Source: Gammaproteobacteria bacterium (GTDB taxonomy: Bacteria > Pseudomonadota > Gammaproteobacteria > Eutrophobiales > Eutrophobiaceae). From it: DNA of 64,000 bases. Every line of letters starts with the position of its first letter. The stretch's first letter is position 1. Below are positions 40,419 to 49,829 of the stretch, piece by piece. Under the pieces are notes generated by a model. It saw only the letters and a program-made list of their open reading frames with translations, was not told the DNA's origin and did no database searches. Location: positions 352,001-416,000 of the forward strand of contig CAXMWX010000005.1 in NCBI GenBank assembly GCA_963422205.2, in the 5' to 3' direction. The translations under genes were made by a program, and so were the position numbers.

Positions 40419-41729
40419 ATGAGTAAGACACTACACGATCCTGACAGGCTGAATGTATGGCAGGGGCAGCGCCTTGTCGGTTCTATTTGGCGAAACGAAC
40501 TGGGTCGTATTGGGTTTTGTTATGCTAACGAGTGGCTGGCGGCCGGTGGTTTTGCCATTTCCCAAAGTCTGCCTTTGCAGGTTGACGAATTTCCCCCTGA
40601 CCACGGTCTTGCCCATCGCTACTTTGCCAATCTTTTGCCGGAAGGCGGCGCGCGTGACCGAATTGTTCGTGATTTTAAGATTGCCAATTCTGACTTTTCC
40701 TTACTCAGAGCTATCGGCGGTGAATGTGCCGGAGCGTTGTCAACTTTGCCTATAGAGCAACGGCCGACTGCTGAACACCGGTATGACAAACTATCAGAAA
40801 ATGAGATGGTTGAGTTGGTTTTAACTCGTGGTCGGGTTTACAAGAGGAGCGCAAACGATACGCCCCGGCTTTCCCTGGCGGGCGCTCAAAACAAGTGTCC
40901 TGTACTGGTTGAAAATGATGGCTGTTGGCTGCCCATGCAGGGGGCGCCATCCAGTCATATCCTCAAATTTGAATTACCGGACTACCGCAATATACCAGCT
41001 TATGAGACGTTTACCACCATGCTGGCAGAGGCTATTGGTCTACCTGTGGTATCTATCCGGTTACGATCAGTCAAGGGCAATCGCTATGCTTTGATTGCGC
41101 GCTACGACAGATACAGGGATGAGAACCAGCAAATTGTCAGGTTGCATCAAGAGGATTTCTGTCAGGCGCTGGGTAAGGGTTATGAGCACAAATACCAGGC
41201 GGACGGCGGCCCTGCATTTGCTGACTGTTATCGGCTACTCAAGGATGTATCAAGTGTACCGGATGATGACCTTGGCTGCCTGCTGGACTGGCAGATATTT
41301 AATGCACTGGCCGGCAATGCTGATGCCCATGTCAAAAATCTGTCGCTTTTGTATCATGCCAACGGCAATATCCGTCTGGCGCCTTGCTACGATCTCATTT
41401 CTACCTGTGCTATTGAGCATATTGACCATCATTTGGCATTGTTTGTCGGTGATCAGAATAATCCCTATGTGCTCTCCCGAAAAGACTGGATGCTATTGGC
41501 AGAACAATGTGAGTTACGCCCTCAATTTGTCCATGATCGGGTACTTGAGATGACGAGGAGCCTGGTACAGGCACTACAACCGACACGGAATAGATTTGAA
41601 GGTCTGTATGGTCACTGTGATGCCTTGCAGAGGATAGAGCACGTAGTCAAGAAGCAGTGTCGGCGCATGTTCAGAGAATATAATATCCATGAACAGCCAA
41701 GGATAAGTGTGGGGCCAGAGTTGTCGTGA
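40419..41729 (+). CDS. hipA: HipA-family kinase (E. coli HipA-like), no adjacent antitoxin
   Basis: FANLLPEG, LSLAGAQNK, SSHILK, RLHQEDFCQALG, GNADAH.KN.S, LAP.YD. Confidence 0.92.
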   Translation: MSKTLHDPDRLNVWQGQRLVGSIWRNELGRIGFCYANEWLAAGGFAISQSLPLQVDEFPPDHGLAHRYFANLLPEGGARDRIVRDFKIANSDFSLLRAIGGECAGALSTLPIEQRPTAEHRYDKLSENEMVELVLTRGRVYKRSANDTPRLSLAGAQNKCPVLVENDGCWLPMQGAPSSHILKFELPDYRNIPAYETFTTMLAEAIGLPVVSIRLRSVKGNRYALIARYDRYRDENQQIVRLHQEDFCQALGKGYEHKYQADGGPAFADCYRLLKDVSSVPDDDLGCLLDWQIFNALAGNADAHVKNLSLLYHANGNIRLAPCYDLISTCAIEHIDHHLALFVGDQNNPYVLSRKDWMLLAEQCELRPQFVHDRVLEMTRSLVQALQPTRNRFEGLYGHCDALQRIEHVVKKQCRRMFREYNIHEQPRISVGPELS

Positions 41730-41821
41730 TCGGCTAATGGGTGGCACTATAGGCTTTGTTTCGTCATCAAATAGCGTGAAATATAACTTCCTAAGACCCT
41801 CACAAATACCTCCGGATATTA

Positions 41822-41853
41822 CTGGATGGGTATTTTCCGAAGGTGTATCCGGC
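41822..41853 (+). repeat. 32-bp direct repeat, copy 2
   Basis: Matches 40216-40247. Confidence 0.9.
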
Positions 41854-42010
41854 TTATGCCAATCAGCGAGAAAAGGGACAGCGTTATTGGTCAGGGAAAG
41901 AGCTAATTCCTTATCATAGGATATCTCGCTTCTATTGCTTCGTATAAATCGTATGCTATCTTTCACAAGATTTTAGTAAGTAGCCGTTTCCGATACACCT
42001 GTCAGTTTCA

Positions 42011-43189
42011 CTACATTCCAGGGCTGGGATACTTGCGAGCCGTTTCGGTTGAGGATATCTCCATATTATGTGCAAGCGTATTAATATCCTTTATCAATTG
42101 ATAGCTAGGGTGTCGTCCACCTTGGTTTTGAATGAAAATACCACGAGATAACAGGTCTGTTATGTCGCTGATAGCCTCGGTCTCCGCACATTTCGCTATC
42201 TTGGCATATTTACCCTTATTCATAAATCCCTGGAAATTCTCTTCCAACATACGATTCAGGATATGGCGCTGACGTTCATTGACAGGATTGTGCTTTAGAC
42301 TATCCCAAAGACGAGCTTTGAAAAACACGTTTTCCAACGTGTGTTCAGATCGTAGTATTGCCCGTTCCAGGCATGACAGAAACCAGGATAACCAAGGGGT
42401 AATGTCGATATGACTGTTTTTTCCAACACGTTCCAGTTGATGGTAATACGCCTTGCGCTCTGATTTAAACTGCTTGGACAGGCTGTAGAAACGTTGTGAG
42501 GCGCCATCAGCCCGACACAATGCCATGTCACATATCGCCCGCCCTAGACGTCCGTTACCATCCTCAAAAGGATGTATGATCTCAAACCAAACATGAGCTA
42601 TGGCTGCCTTGAGGAGGGGGTCTATATCGTTCGGCTGGTTAAACCAGTCTAAAAAAACTGTCATTTCCACATCCAATCGTTCCGCATCTGGGGCATCAAA
42701 ATGTACTTTCTCATGTCCAATGGCGCCGGAGACCACCTGCACCCCTGCTGTTCGCCAGCCACCTGTCATAATGGGATACATACCACTCATGCCGGTCGGA
42801 AACACTGCCCTATGCCATTTGAACAGGCGTGCCTTTGTTAATGGCATTAAATACTGTTGAGTGGCATCCAGTACCATATCTGCAAAACCTTCAATATCTT
42901 GATGATCACTGGATGCGATCTCCCGCACCTCCGGGATATTGATGCCTAAGCGCCTGGCAATGGATGTACGCACCGTTTTAGGCGCTAGGGTAATACCTTC
43001 AATAGCTGAGGATTGGACTACGTCAGTGGTGAGCATGTTGAGACTGACTTCTTGTGTTAACTCAAAGCCCAGTCCTTCCATCCTGCCAAGCAGTTGCCCC
43101 TGGCGATGGCGTATATCAGCCAGTTTAGGCGTAAGCACTTCGGCATCCCAGGTAAAGCTAGGCCAGTTTGGATGTTGGTGTATCCGCAT
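42011..43189 (-). CDS. Fic protein with DUF4172-like N-terminus
   Basis: IHQHPNWP.F.W, SSAIEG, HPFEDGNGRLGR, C-terminal wHTH, tail KYPSPGM. Confidence 0.92.
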   Translation of the reverse strand: MRIHQHPNWPSFTWDAEVLTPKLADIRHRQGQLLGRMEGLGFELTQEVSLNMLTTDVVQSSAIEGITLAPKTVRTSIARRLGINIPEVREIASSDHQDIEGFADMVLDATQQYLMPLTKARLFKWHRAVFPTGMSGMYPIMTGGWRTAGVQVVSGAIGHEKVHFDAPDAERLDVEMTVFLDWFNQPNDIDPLLKAAIAHVWFEIIHPFEDGNGRLGRAICDMALCRADGASQRFYSLSKQFKSERKAYYHQLERVGKNSHIDITPWLSWFLSCLERAILRSEHTLENVFFKARLWDSLKHNPVNERQRHILNRMLEENFQGFMNKGKYAKIAKCAETEAISDITDLLSRGIFIQNQGGRHPSYQLIKDINTLAHNMEISSTETARKYPSPGM

Positions 43190-43280
43190 AGTAAACACCG
43201 CATTCTTTAAGGTGATTATACGCTTTATTCACTAACATGGTGGGGTTATAAACTGGCAGATCATCATTTTTTTCATGAAG

Positions 43281-44468
43281 CTACCGAAATCTGAAGCCAC
43301 TGAAGCCATAAGATCCTACCCTCGTATATCTACACCTGTGCCCTGGGTGGCCATTGATGATCCCCCCTGTTGCGACGGCGCTTTGACCTACTGGACAGGA
43401 TTGAGGTTGTGGGGTTGATTTTTCGCCAGCGCTATAACAGGCGACCACGGCTATGTCGAAACTGTCACGGTATACCCGCCAGCGGTAACGACCCTCGCTG
43501 TCTTCTGTTCCCGGCACAATATTTACCCATATACCAGCATCATGTTTGTTGCCATCCTTGCTTGCTGAACACAGATGATGGTGACCGGGGAGCATCGTCC
43601 CCGAAGGAAATGTGTATATGTTTCCTGCTTGATAGTGACTCACATACCCGCCGCTACTCCCGCTTGCTCCCTTCTTCCAGATACTGCCCTGGCAGGTAAG
43701 CAGCTTGCCCTGGTTGTCAAGCGCTATACTGCCGCTACTGCAAGCGGTGCCTTCTGTCTTGGTAGCCACACGCAAGTTATCGGTACTGGTCGTATGTAAT
43801 TTACTGGTAGATGCCGGGTCAACGTAATAGGCGGTGTTATCGCGATCATAGACGATATTTGCGCTTACCTGATTCATCGTGCTTGTGCCACCTGGGTCAA
43901 CCGAGAATCCCGGATGATTGGCATCGGTAAATGTATTTGCACTGAGGGTTGTCGCATTGACGGTACTGGCATTGTCAATGTTATTGCCACCCACATTTAA
44001 GTCGGCCAGCATGGAGTTCGCTCCATCCACACGCAGAAAAGCAGCCGGGTTATTGCCCGAGGTGGCGACTGTGGCGATGATAGTCACGATAAGTGGCTGG
44101 GCAGGCTTATGACCGAGCTCGGTATAGTGATAGCCAATCTTGCCTGCCAACTGTCGGGCGAGTACACCAATATCCCCCGTCCAGGTCTCCAGGGTCAGTT
44201 CCTGCCGCAAGTCTTCTGGCACTTCGCCGCCGGGATATTCTTTCAAGTTCGCTATGCTGCCTGGGTCACGGGACTGCTCAATTCTGCCCAGTGCTGCCCA
44301 AAGAGTTTGAATCTCAAGTGCGGTATCGGCTAAGGCACGGGTGATGCTGGGATCGGGCATATTGTCGCTGTCTTGGGGTATAGCGGGCGTCTTTTTCAGG
44401 CAGGCGGTCAGGATAAGGCCAGGCAGCGCACAAAAGATCAGCCTCAGAGAATACCGGGATGGGCTCAT
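43281..44468 (-). CDS. Chimeric DotD/TraH-like lipoprotein fused to a PilV-like adhesin C-terminus
   Basis: Lipobox LTAC; WTGD....RQLA..IGY....G..PA.PL.V.I (DotD-like) then M.ADLNVGGNNI.N and EGTAC...G.LLTCQG..WKK (PilV-like). Confidence 0.7.
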   Translation of the reverse strand: MSPSRYSLRLIFCALPGLILTACLKKTPAIPQDSDNMPDPSITRALADTALEIQTLWAALGRIEQSRDPGSIANLKEYPGGEVPEDLRQELTLETWTGDIGVLARQLAGKIGYHYTELGHKPAQPLIVTIIATVATSGNNPAAFLRVDGANSMLADLNVGGNNIDNASTVNATTLSANTFTDANHPGFSVDPGGTSTMNQVSANIVYDRDNTAYYVDPASTSKLHTTSTDNLRVATKTEGTACSSGSIALDNQGKLLTCQGSIWKKGASGSSGGYVSHYQAGNIYTFPSGTMLPGHHHLCSASKDGNKHDAGIWVNIVPGTEDSEGRYRWRVYRDSFDIAVVACYSAGEKSTPQPQSCPVGQSAVATGGIINGHPGHRCRYTRVGSYGFSGFRFR

Positions 44469-44518
44469 GGTCACGTTTTTGGCATTTAAGTTGTATTCGG
44501 CAGTTGTGATAGTTAAAG

Positions 44519-44560
44519 CACTTAAAACATCTAAAACAGTTAAAACATATATTGTGTAAA
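44519..44560 (-). promoter_or_regulatory. Conserved promoter/operator upstream of the dotD-like gene
   Basis: 36/42 identical to 29050-29091; one more repeat unit at about 44512. Confidence 0.65.
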
Positions 44561-44634
44561 AACTTTATCACAGTAATAATATGATAGAAATATATCACAG
44601 TGCTGACATCGTGCAAATAAATTTACAATGACTG

Positions 44635-44790
44635 ACATTCCGTTTAGGGTTAAAAACATTCCACTAACCGGGTATTTGATGTTCCATTAAGAGGGTAAAA
44701 CATTCCACTAAGGGGGTATTTTGTATTCCACTAAGGGGGTATTTCATGTTCCGTTTAACGCCAACTAATATTCCACTAAGGGGGGAATAG
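44635..44790. repeat. Seven iteron-like direct repeats, 21-23 bp period (consensus about ATTCCACTAAGGGGGTATTT)
   Basis: TTCC cores at 44638, 44659, 44682, 44703, 44726, 44749 and 44771. Confidence 0.9.
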
Positions 44791-44819
44791 AAAAATCGTA
44801 TGCGAAAATCGTCAATAAT

Positions 44820-45746
44820 TTGCTGCCCCGGTTTTTTAATTTGCATACTGAGCAGGAATGGACGGCAGATTATCTGGTCTGGTGGCTGATTGATGAGGTG
44901 CGACCTACCATCACGGCGGCAAGCTGGAATGTGTACAAGGCAGCAATAGTTCGCTATCTGGCGGCGATAAGTGCTGATGAGGCGGCCTACAGTCTAAATG
45001 AAGCGGATGCCAGAGAGTGTTTGCCGAGACCGAAAAAATCCGAGCGCCGGACATCTGGACAGAAATCCAAACGGGTGGATGAGATGGCATTACGACGGGT
45101 CAGGCAGTATTTGACTGTAGCGGGCGGCAAATGGGATGGTCTCATTCAGCGCTGGCTGGAGGTCGGGATCCTGACCGGTCTTAGGCCGGAAGAATGGCGC
45201 GATGCCAGGCTGCTTTTGCAAGCGGGCGAATGGCGGCTGAAGGTCAAAAATGCCAAATACCGTGAGCCGCTTACCGAAGAGATGAGCCGGCGTGCACATG
45301 GGGAATTTCGGTATCTCTGCCTGCATGGGCTGTCAAGGCGGCAGCGGGAGGGCATTGCCGCACATATCCATGCCATCGCTGCGTATGTGACCCATGATGA
45401 GGTCTGGGAGGGGTTCTATGAGAAGATCAGAAAACGTCTTGCCTTTGTAATGCGTCAGGCGGTGAGTGAGAAACACAAGCGCTTCACGCTTTACAGCTTA
45501 CGGCATCAGTTTGCATCCAATGCGAAATCTGCCAGCTTGTCATTATGCGAGATTGCCTGCCTGATGGGTCATGCGGTGACAAAGACAGCATCGGTCACCT
45601 ACGGCAGAAAGCGTTACGGAGAGTATGCAACGCACCAGGGATTTCCACTCAAGGCACTGGCCGATGAGATGGCGAGGGTGGAAGTCTCAGCGGGAGATGC
45701 GAGATCATCAAGGCAGCAGGCAATAGAGGTAGAGTACGGCGAATAA
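44820..45746 (+). CDS. Tyrosine-recombinase-fold protein (integrase-like or MpsA/MobK-type relaxase)
   Basis: TGLRPEE (R), KNAK (K), YSLRHQF (HxxR variant), LMGH, TYG (Y); start uncertain. Confidence 0.8.
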   Translation: MLPRFFNLHTEQEWTADYLVWWLIDEVRPTITAASWNVYKAAIVRYLAAISADEAAYSLNEADARECLPRPKKSERRTSGQKSKRVDEMALRRVRQYLTVAGGKWDGLIQRWLEVGILTGLRPEEWRDARLLLQAGEWRLKVKNAKYREPLTEEMSRRAHGEFRYLCLHGLSRRQREGIAAHIHAIAAYVTHDEVWEGFYEKIRKRLAFVMRQAVSEKHKRFTLYSLRHQFASNAKSASLSLCEIACLMGHAVTKTASVTYGRKRYGEYATHQGFPLKALADEMARVEVSAGDARSSRQQAIEVEYGE

Positions 45747-45961
45747 GAGGAGTGATCAAGGGAATTAGATACCAGAAAATACCAGTTATATACCTGATAA
45801 TGTCATGATTTTTTACAACATTCTAATACAGTAAAACAATATTCCACGTGGAACATGAGGGTATGAAATACTGCCGGAAATATCAAAAAATAGCCGTGGC
45901 CGCAGTTTTTATATATTATTGACAGTGCTAAGGTCATTCTGTTTAAGCTGAGGAAACCCTT

Positions 45962-46137
45962 ATGGAACTAAAGCAGCGCATAGTTACGGGTCAGCAGGTG
46001 AATGAAAAGAAAAAAGGACGCCTGGGGATGGAAAGGAGACAGATGATTGTCGTCCTGACTTTAAAATCCAGATGCAGATGGCAAGAGAAATTATGAATAA
46101 ACATCACAAAGGACTCCATGAATTAGCTATGAAATGA
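45962..46137 (+). pseudogene. Antitoxin remnant upstream of doc
   Basis: PDF..QM..AR.IM.K....LHELA helix typical of AbrB-type Doc partners; N-terminus disrupted. Confidence 0.55.
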
Positions 46138-46599
46138 GTGCACCTACATGGGTTAGTTCACAAGTTGTCCTGGCGATTCATAATGAACAGCTGGCAAAGC
46201 TATGGGGGATTGTCTGGGGTACGCGCTCTTGCAGCTGCCTATGCTTATGGGATTCTCCGCAATCATCCGTTCGTTGATGGTAACAAGCGCACTGCTTTTG
46301 TGGTCATGAAATTATTTCTGCAACTAAATGGTTATGAATTGAATGTCAACGATAATGAATTTGTTGAGATTATGCCGAAAGTAGCTGCTGGCACCATGCA
46401 AGAGACGGTGTTAATTGATTGGCTTAAAGCCAAAACGACATTACGGAAGAATGAACAAGTAGAGAAGGAATCACAACCAAGAGCCGAGCTCAGGCCCGGA
46501 AATAGTAGGCAAAACCGGAGAATCGGCCTGTTTTGTGGGTGGGTGATGCAGATTTTTGCCCAAAATGACCGCCATATTTGCGATTCCAGGCGTTTTTAG
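46134..46599 (+). pseudogene. doc: Doc (death-on-curing) toxin, frameshift and internal deletion
   Basis: VLAIHNEQLA then YGG..GVR, AAAYAYGI.RNHPFVDGNKRTA. Confidence 0.8.
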
Positions 46600-46641
46600 C
46601 CCCCGACCTATACTTAGTAGTTAGAGAGAGGGGGTTACCTC

Positions 46642-46926
46642 CTAAATCCTTTGAAGCGGAGATACGTCAATCTCGGCTTCATGCGCCATTGCCTGGGCAA
46701 GATCGTAAGCCGCCTGCATCCTGACCCAAATATCCGCCGTACCGCCAAAGGCCTTGGCCAGCCGGATAGCCATGTCCGGTGAAATACCTGACTGGCCATT
46801 AACCACGCGTGACAGTGTGTGACGTGCCACGCCCAAGTGGGTCGCTCCATCTGTGATATTCATCTCGGCAGAATCAAGCGCGGTCTTGATCTGCCGCCCT
46901 GGGTGGGGTGGGTTGCTCATTGCCAT
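46642..46926 (-). CDS. higA: HigA family antitoxin
   Basis: NPPHPG, LSRVVNG..GISPDMAIRLAKAFG, W.RMQ.AYDL. Confidence 0.93.
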   Translation of the reverse strand: MAMSNPPHPGRQIKTALDSAEMNITDGATHLGVARHTLSRVVNGQSGISPDMAIRLAKAFGGTADIWVRMQAAYDLAQAMAHEAEIDVSPLQRI

Positions 46927-46950
46927 AGTTTTTCTCCGAAAGTATTTTCA

Positions 46951-47229
46951 TTAGTGGTAGTCACCATAATCAACATCGTAAGCATCGCCTTTATCCATGC
47001 GGAACCAGATCCGGAAGTTGCCTGACCCCCGGACTGCTGAAAAGCCTTTCAGTGGTCCGCTTAACCGGTGCAGGTGCCAGCCAGGCAAGCGCATATCGGC
47101 CAGTTTCGTTGCGTTATCCAAACGGAAGAGAATATCTTTAACACGCTCAAGGTGGTCTGTTTTGATTCCGTCTGGGTCGCTCTTCTCATAGAGCTTCTTT
47201 AATGCGCGGCTTTTAAGTGTTTTTATCAT
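46951..47229 (-). CDS. higB: HigB/RelE family toxin
   Basis: MIK..K..ALK, LH.L.G.LKG, GN.RI.FR, VDY.DYH; toxin upstream of antitoxin. Confidence 0.92.
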   Translation of the reverse strand: MIKTLKSRALKKLYEKSDPDGIKTDHLERVKDILFRLDNATKLADMRLPGWHLHRLSGPLKGFSAVRGSGNFRIWFRMDKGDAYDVDYGDYH

Positions 47230-47352
47230 CCTTTAATGTATCATGTATCGGTACACATGTCAAACTTAAACGCGGGCTTGTCCGCTTTTCCCTCCATAGG
47301 CGGTGTGTTCATATTGGGACTGCTGGGTAAAGGGTAAATCCAGGTGTAAGTC

Positions 47353-47970
47353 TCACATCCCCGGCCCGGTTTCCGGCTCAAGGGTTGGCTTGGGAGATGG
47401 GTTATCCGGCCACAGCGCACTGAGCGGGAAAGTAATCGCATCAAATGGTGGGACTGAGACGGCGGCATCACCCGCCAGCGAGGCAATCAGCGACCACCGG
47501 CTATCGGTGAGCTGGAAGGCTTCCAGGGTACGGGCATCAGGATCGACAAACCACAGATAGTCTACCCCCTCACGGGCATAGATGTCGCGCTTGTCGGTCA
47601 AATCAAGCTGGCGGGTTGAGGGCGATAACACCTCACACACCCAGTCCGGGGCAAGTTCAAAGAAGGCGGCATTTGGGAGGCTGGGCATAGTCTCGCGTCG
47701 CCAACCGGCCAAGTCCGGCACCAGAATGTCCTCGCCCAGGTGCAGCTCCGGCTCATCAATAATCCACCAGCCTCCCGGGCCGCCTCGACCGCGGTCAAAG
47801 GGATTAACCAACTCACCCCCGATGATTGAACTCGCTCGCGCATGAGGTATAGCGGGGCGGGGCTGCATCCTAAGCACGCCATAGATGACTTCTGCCACCT
47901 TGTGAGGCGGCGCATCCAGCACATCCTGGTAGGTGGCCTTAGCCTGGGTTTTGCGTGCGGAGGTAATCAT
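47353..47970 (-). CDS. Uma2 (DUF820) family endonuclease, copy 2
   Basis: Near-identical to 25493-26107; tail PSPKPTLEPETGPGM. Confidence 0.9.
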   Translation of the reverse strand: MITSARKTQAKATYQDVLDAPPHKVAEVIYGVLRMQPRPAIPHARASSIIGGELVNPFDRGRGGPGGWWIIDEPELHLGEDILVPDLAGWRRETMPSLPNAAFFELAPDWVCEVLSPSTRQLDLTDKRDIYAREGVDYLWFVDPDARTLEAFQLTDSRWSLIASLAGDAAVSVPPFDAITFPLSALWPDNPSPKPTLEPETGPGM

Positions 47971-48152
47971 CTAAATCAGTTTAGCATAGCATATCGGCAT
48001 TTGTAGCGTTCCTCATAAAGCCAGTAAAACGGGTTTGAAACTGGCTTTTATTACAAGTAACATTTTGTTTGCTTTATCTTTTACTTGGATTGCTGGAAAT
48101 GGCACAGATAACATGAAGTTGATTGAAAACGTCATATCCGAGCGCATGATTG

Positions 48153-48506
48153 ATGAATAGATTGACTACGGGTTTGGATGAGGCTGGCTTTACTGCATCA
48201 CTTGATGATGATTTTCCGCAACACCTGACACGGGATGATGAGCAAAAGCTGCTGGATTTATGTGCTTCACGTTCCTTGGAGATAAGGTCTTGGGCGAAGA
48301 TGGGCTCACCTTGCTTTATGGCGGGGGTGGCCGTGATGCTCGCTAGTGTTGCTGGGTTCGACCGCTGTAGTTTGTTGGCCTTGGCAGAGCGGCTCTATCC
48401 CGGGGCCAGCCAACCGGCAACATTTGCTCGCTGGTTAAAACATAGCCCGCTTCAACCTTCGCGCTTCCTGGCGATGTTGGATAGAGAACTTGCCCATGCG
48501 CCCTGA
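48153..48506 (+). CDS. Putative antitoxin paired with a nucleotidyltransferase
   Basis: About 117-aa ORF overlapping the following NTase gene. Confidence 0.55.
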   Translation: MNRLTTGLDEAGFTASLDDDFPQHLTRDDEQKLLDLCASRSLEIRSWAKMGSPCFMAGVAVMLASVAGFDRCSLLALAERLYPGASQPATFARWLKHSPLQPSRFLAMLDRELAHAP

Positions 48507-48768
48507 AGCCAAAGCACAAATGGAATATGTCGTTGCTTTCAGGGAAATCGCTGGGCGTATTGCCAAATCATTCAGCGGGGTAGCGGAGCAGGTATTGCCC
48601 ATCAAAATGTATGTCGCTGGCGGGGCTGCGCTGCATTTTTATACCGGTGAACGTATATCCAGGGATATTGATGCCAGCTTCTCGCACCGGATAATCCTGC
48701 CGGATGATCTGGAAGTCAGCTATCGTGCTGCCGATGGTGCCGCCCGTTTGTTGTATTTCGACCGCTAG
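48496..48768 (+). pseudogene. Nucleotidyltransferase (DUF6036-like), truncated
   Basis: MYVAGGAA.H.Y...R.S.DIDA; stops early and is abutted by the sce7726-like gene. Confidence 0.7.
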
Positions 48769-48787
48769 TATAAGGATAATACATTGA

Positions 48788-49675
48788 TTATCCCCACTGC
48801 ATTGCTGTTCGAAGTGGGGTTTTAATCGACAGGAGCAACCGATGATGATCTGTGCGCCGTAAAGGAATGGATAATGCTGTGCTATGAAGAGAGTCCGCAA
48901 GGTGTTTTAGAATACGTGATAGCGGTGATAAATTTCTTGTTGTTTTTAATATTTGAACCATGCCTTTATGCACATCAAGGGCATTTAATTTAATGAATTT
49001 CTCTCTTAATGCGGCATACATCTCAGTGTTTGGGACATCAGGAACAGGGATATTCATCAATTTTAGAATTCTTATCGCTTCATTCATACGGAGAGAATCG
49101 TATATGACTGCCGGAGAGATTCTGTCTGGTCGCTCCGATGCTGCCCTCAATGTGGAAATTTGATGCCTTGCTGACAGTTTGAGTATGCCAACATCTTCGG
49201 ACACAATAGAGCGTACGCTGCCCTCATGATTTTCCCCTGCAATAACGCAAACATTAGCAAAAAATTGCTTGTAAGTTTCAATTTGTTGTTCAAGACGGGA
49301 AAGTGAGTCCCGTTCAGATTTGATCTCATAAGCTGTCGCTGTTCCATTGATGATTGCCAAATCTACTTTACACTCACCCACACGAAACTCATTGAGCATT
49401 GTAGCTGTTTGCAGCGAATGCCTTCCAAGAAGTACGCGCTGCGTCAGTGCAGCTTTATAAACATACTCATGGCGGCATTCGGTTCTCTTCAAAACATCAA
49501 AGGCGGCACCAAAGAAATGAAACACATTCTGCTTCAGGTCATCAGGCTTAAAGACACCCAGTGCTTCCTTGGCCAGTCGTGCAAATAGTGGTGATTTACC
49601 ACGACCGGTCAATTCTCTCATCACGCTTGAAGAGAATAGGCGGGATATAGCTGATATTTGATTTGGTGAGAGCAT
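48788..49675 (-). CDS. sce7726 family protein (PD-(D/E)xK-like)
   Basis: EYVYK, LLGRHSL, EFRVG..K.D...INGT...YEIKSERDSL.RL..Q...Y. Confidence 0.8.
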   Translation of the reverse strand: MLSPNQISAISRLFSSSVMRELTGRGKSPLFARLAKEALGVFKPDDLKQNVFHFFGAAFDVLKRTECRHEYVYKAALTQRVLLGRHSLQTATMLNEFRVGECKVDLAIINGTATAYEIKSERDSLSRLEQQIETYKQFFANVCVIAGENHEGSVRSIVSEDVGILKLSARHQISTLRAASERPDRISPAVIYDSLRMNEAIRILKLMNIPVPDVPNTEMYAALREKFIKLNALDVHKGMVQILKTTRNLSPLSRILKHLADSLHSTALSIPLRRTDHHRLLLSIKTPLRTAMQWG

Positions 49676-49829
49676 ATTCAACTACATCCTGTTTTCTTCA
49701 CGGCATCTTAATGGAATTTTTTTGCCAGATAAACTAAAATCGGTTGAATTGAAATCCTGATCTGCTAAAAATAAACTGCTGACTGGCAAAGCTGCAATGG
49801 ATTAGTCGATCTCGGTGTGCTACAGGCCA

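Noticed and set aside
41574-41966. 130-aa minus-strand ORF
   Set aside because: Overlaps the hipA 3' end, has no recognisable motif and spans a repeat scar
36159-42000. Integron cassette array
   Set aside because: No repeated attC-like GTTRRRY/RYYYAAC structures between genes and no IntI signature in the recombinase
44635-44790. CRISPR array
   Set aside because: The period is only 21-23 bp with no unique spacers and there are no cas genes; it fits iterons better
43281-45746. Shufflon (pilV plus Rci)
   Set aside because: I found no repeated sfx-like sites or alternative C-terminal cassettes, and the recombinase is upstream and divergent rather than downstream of pilV
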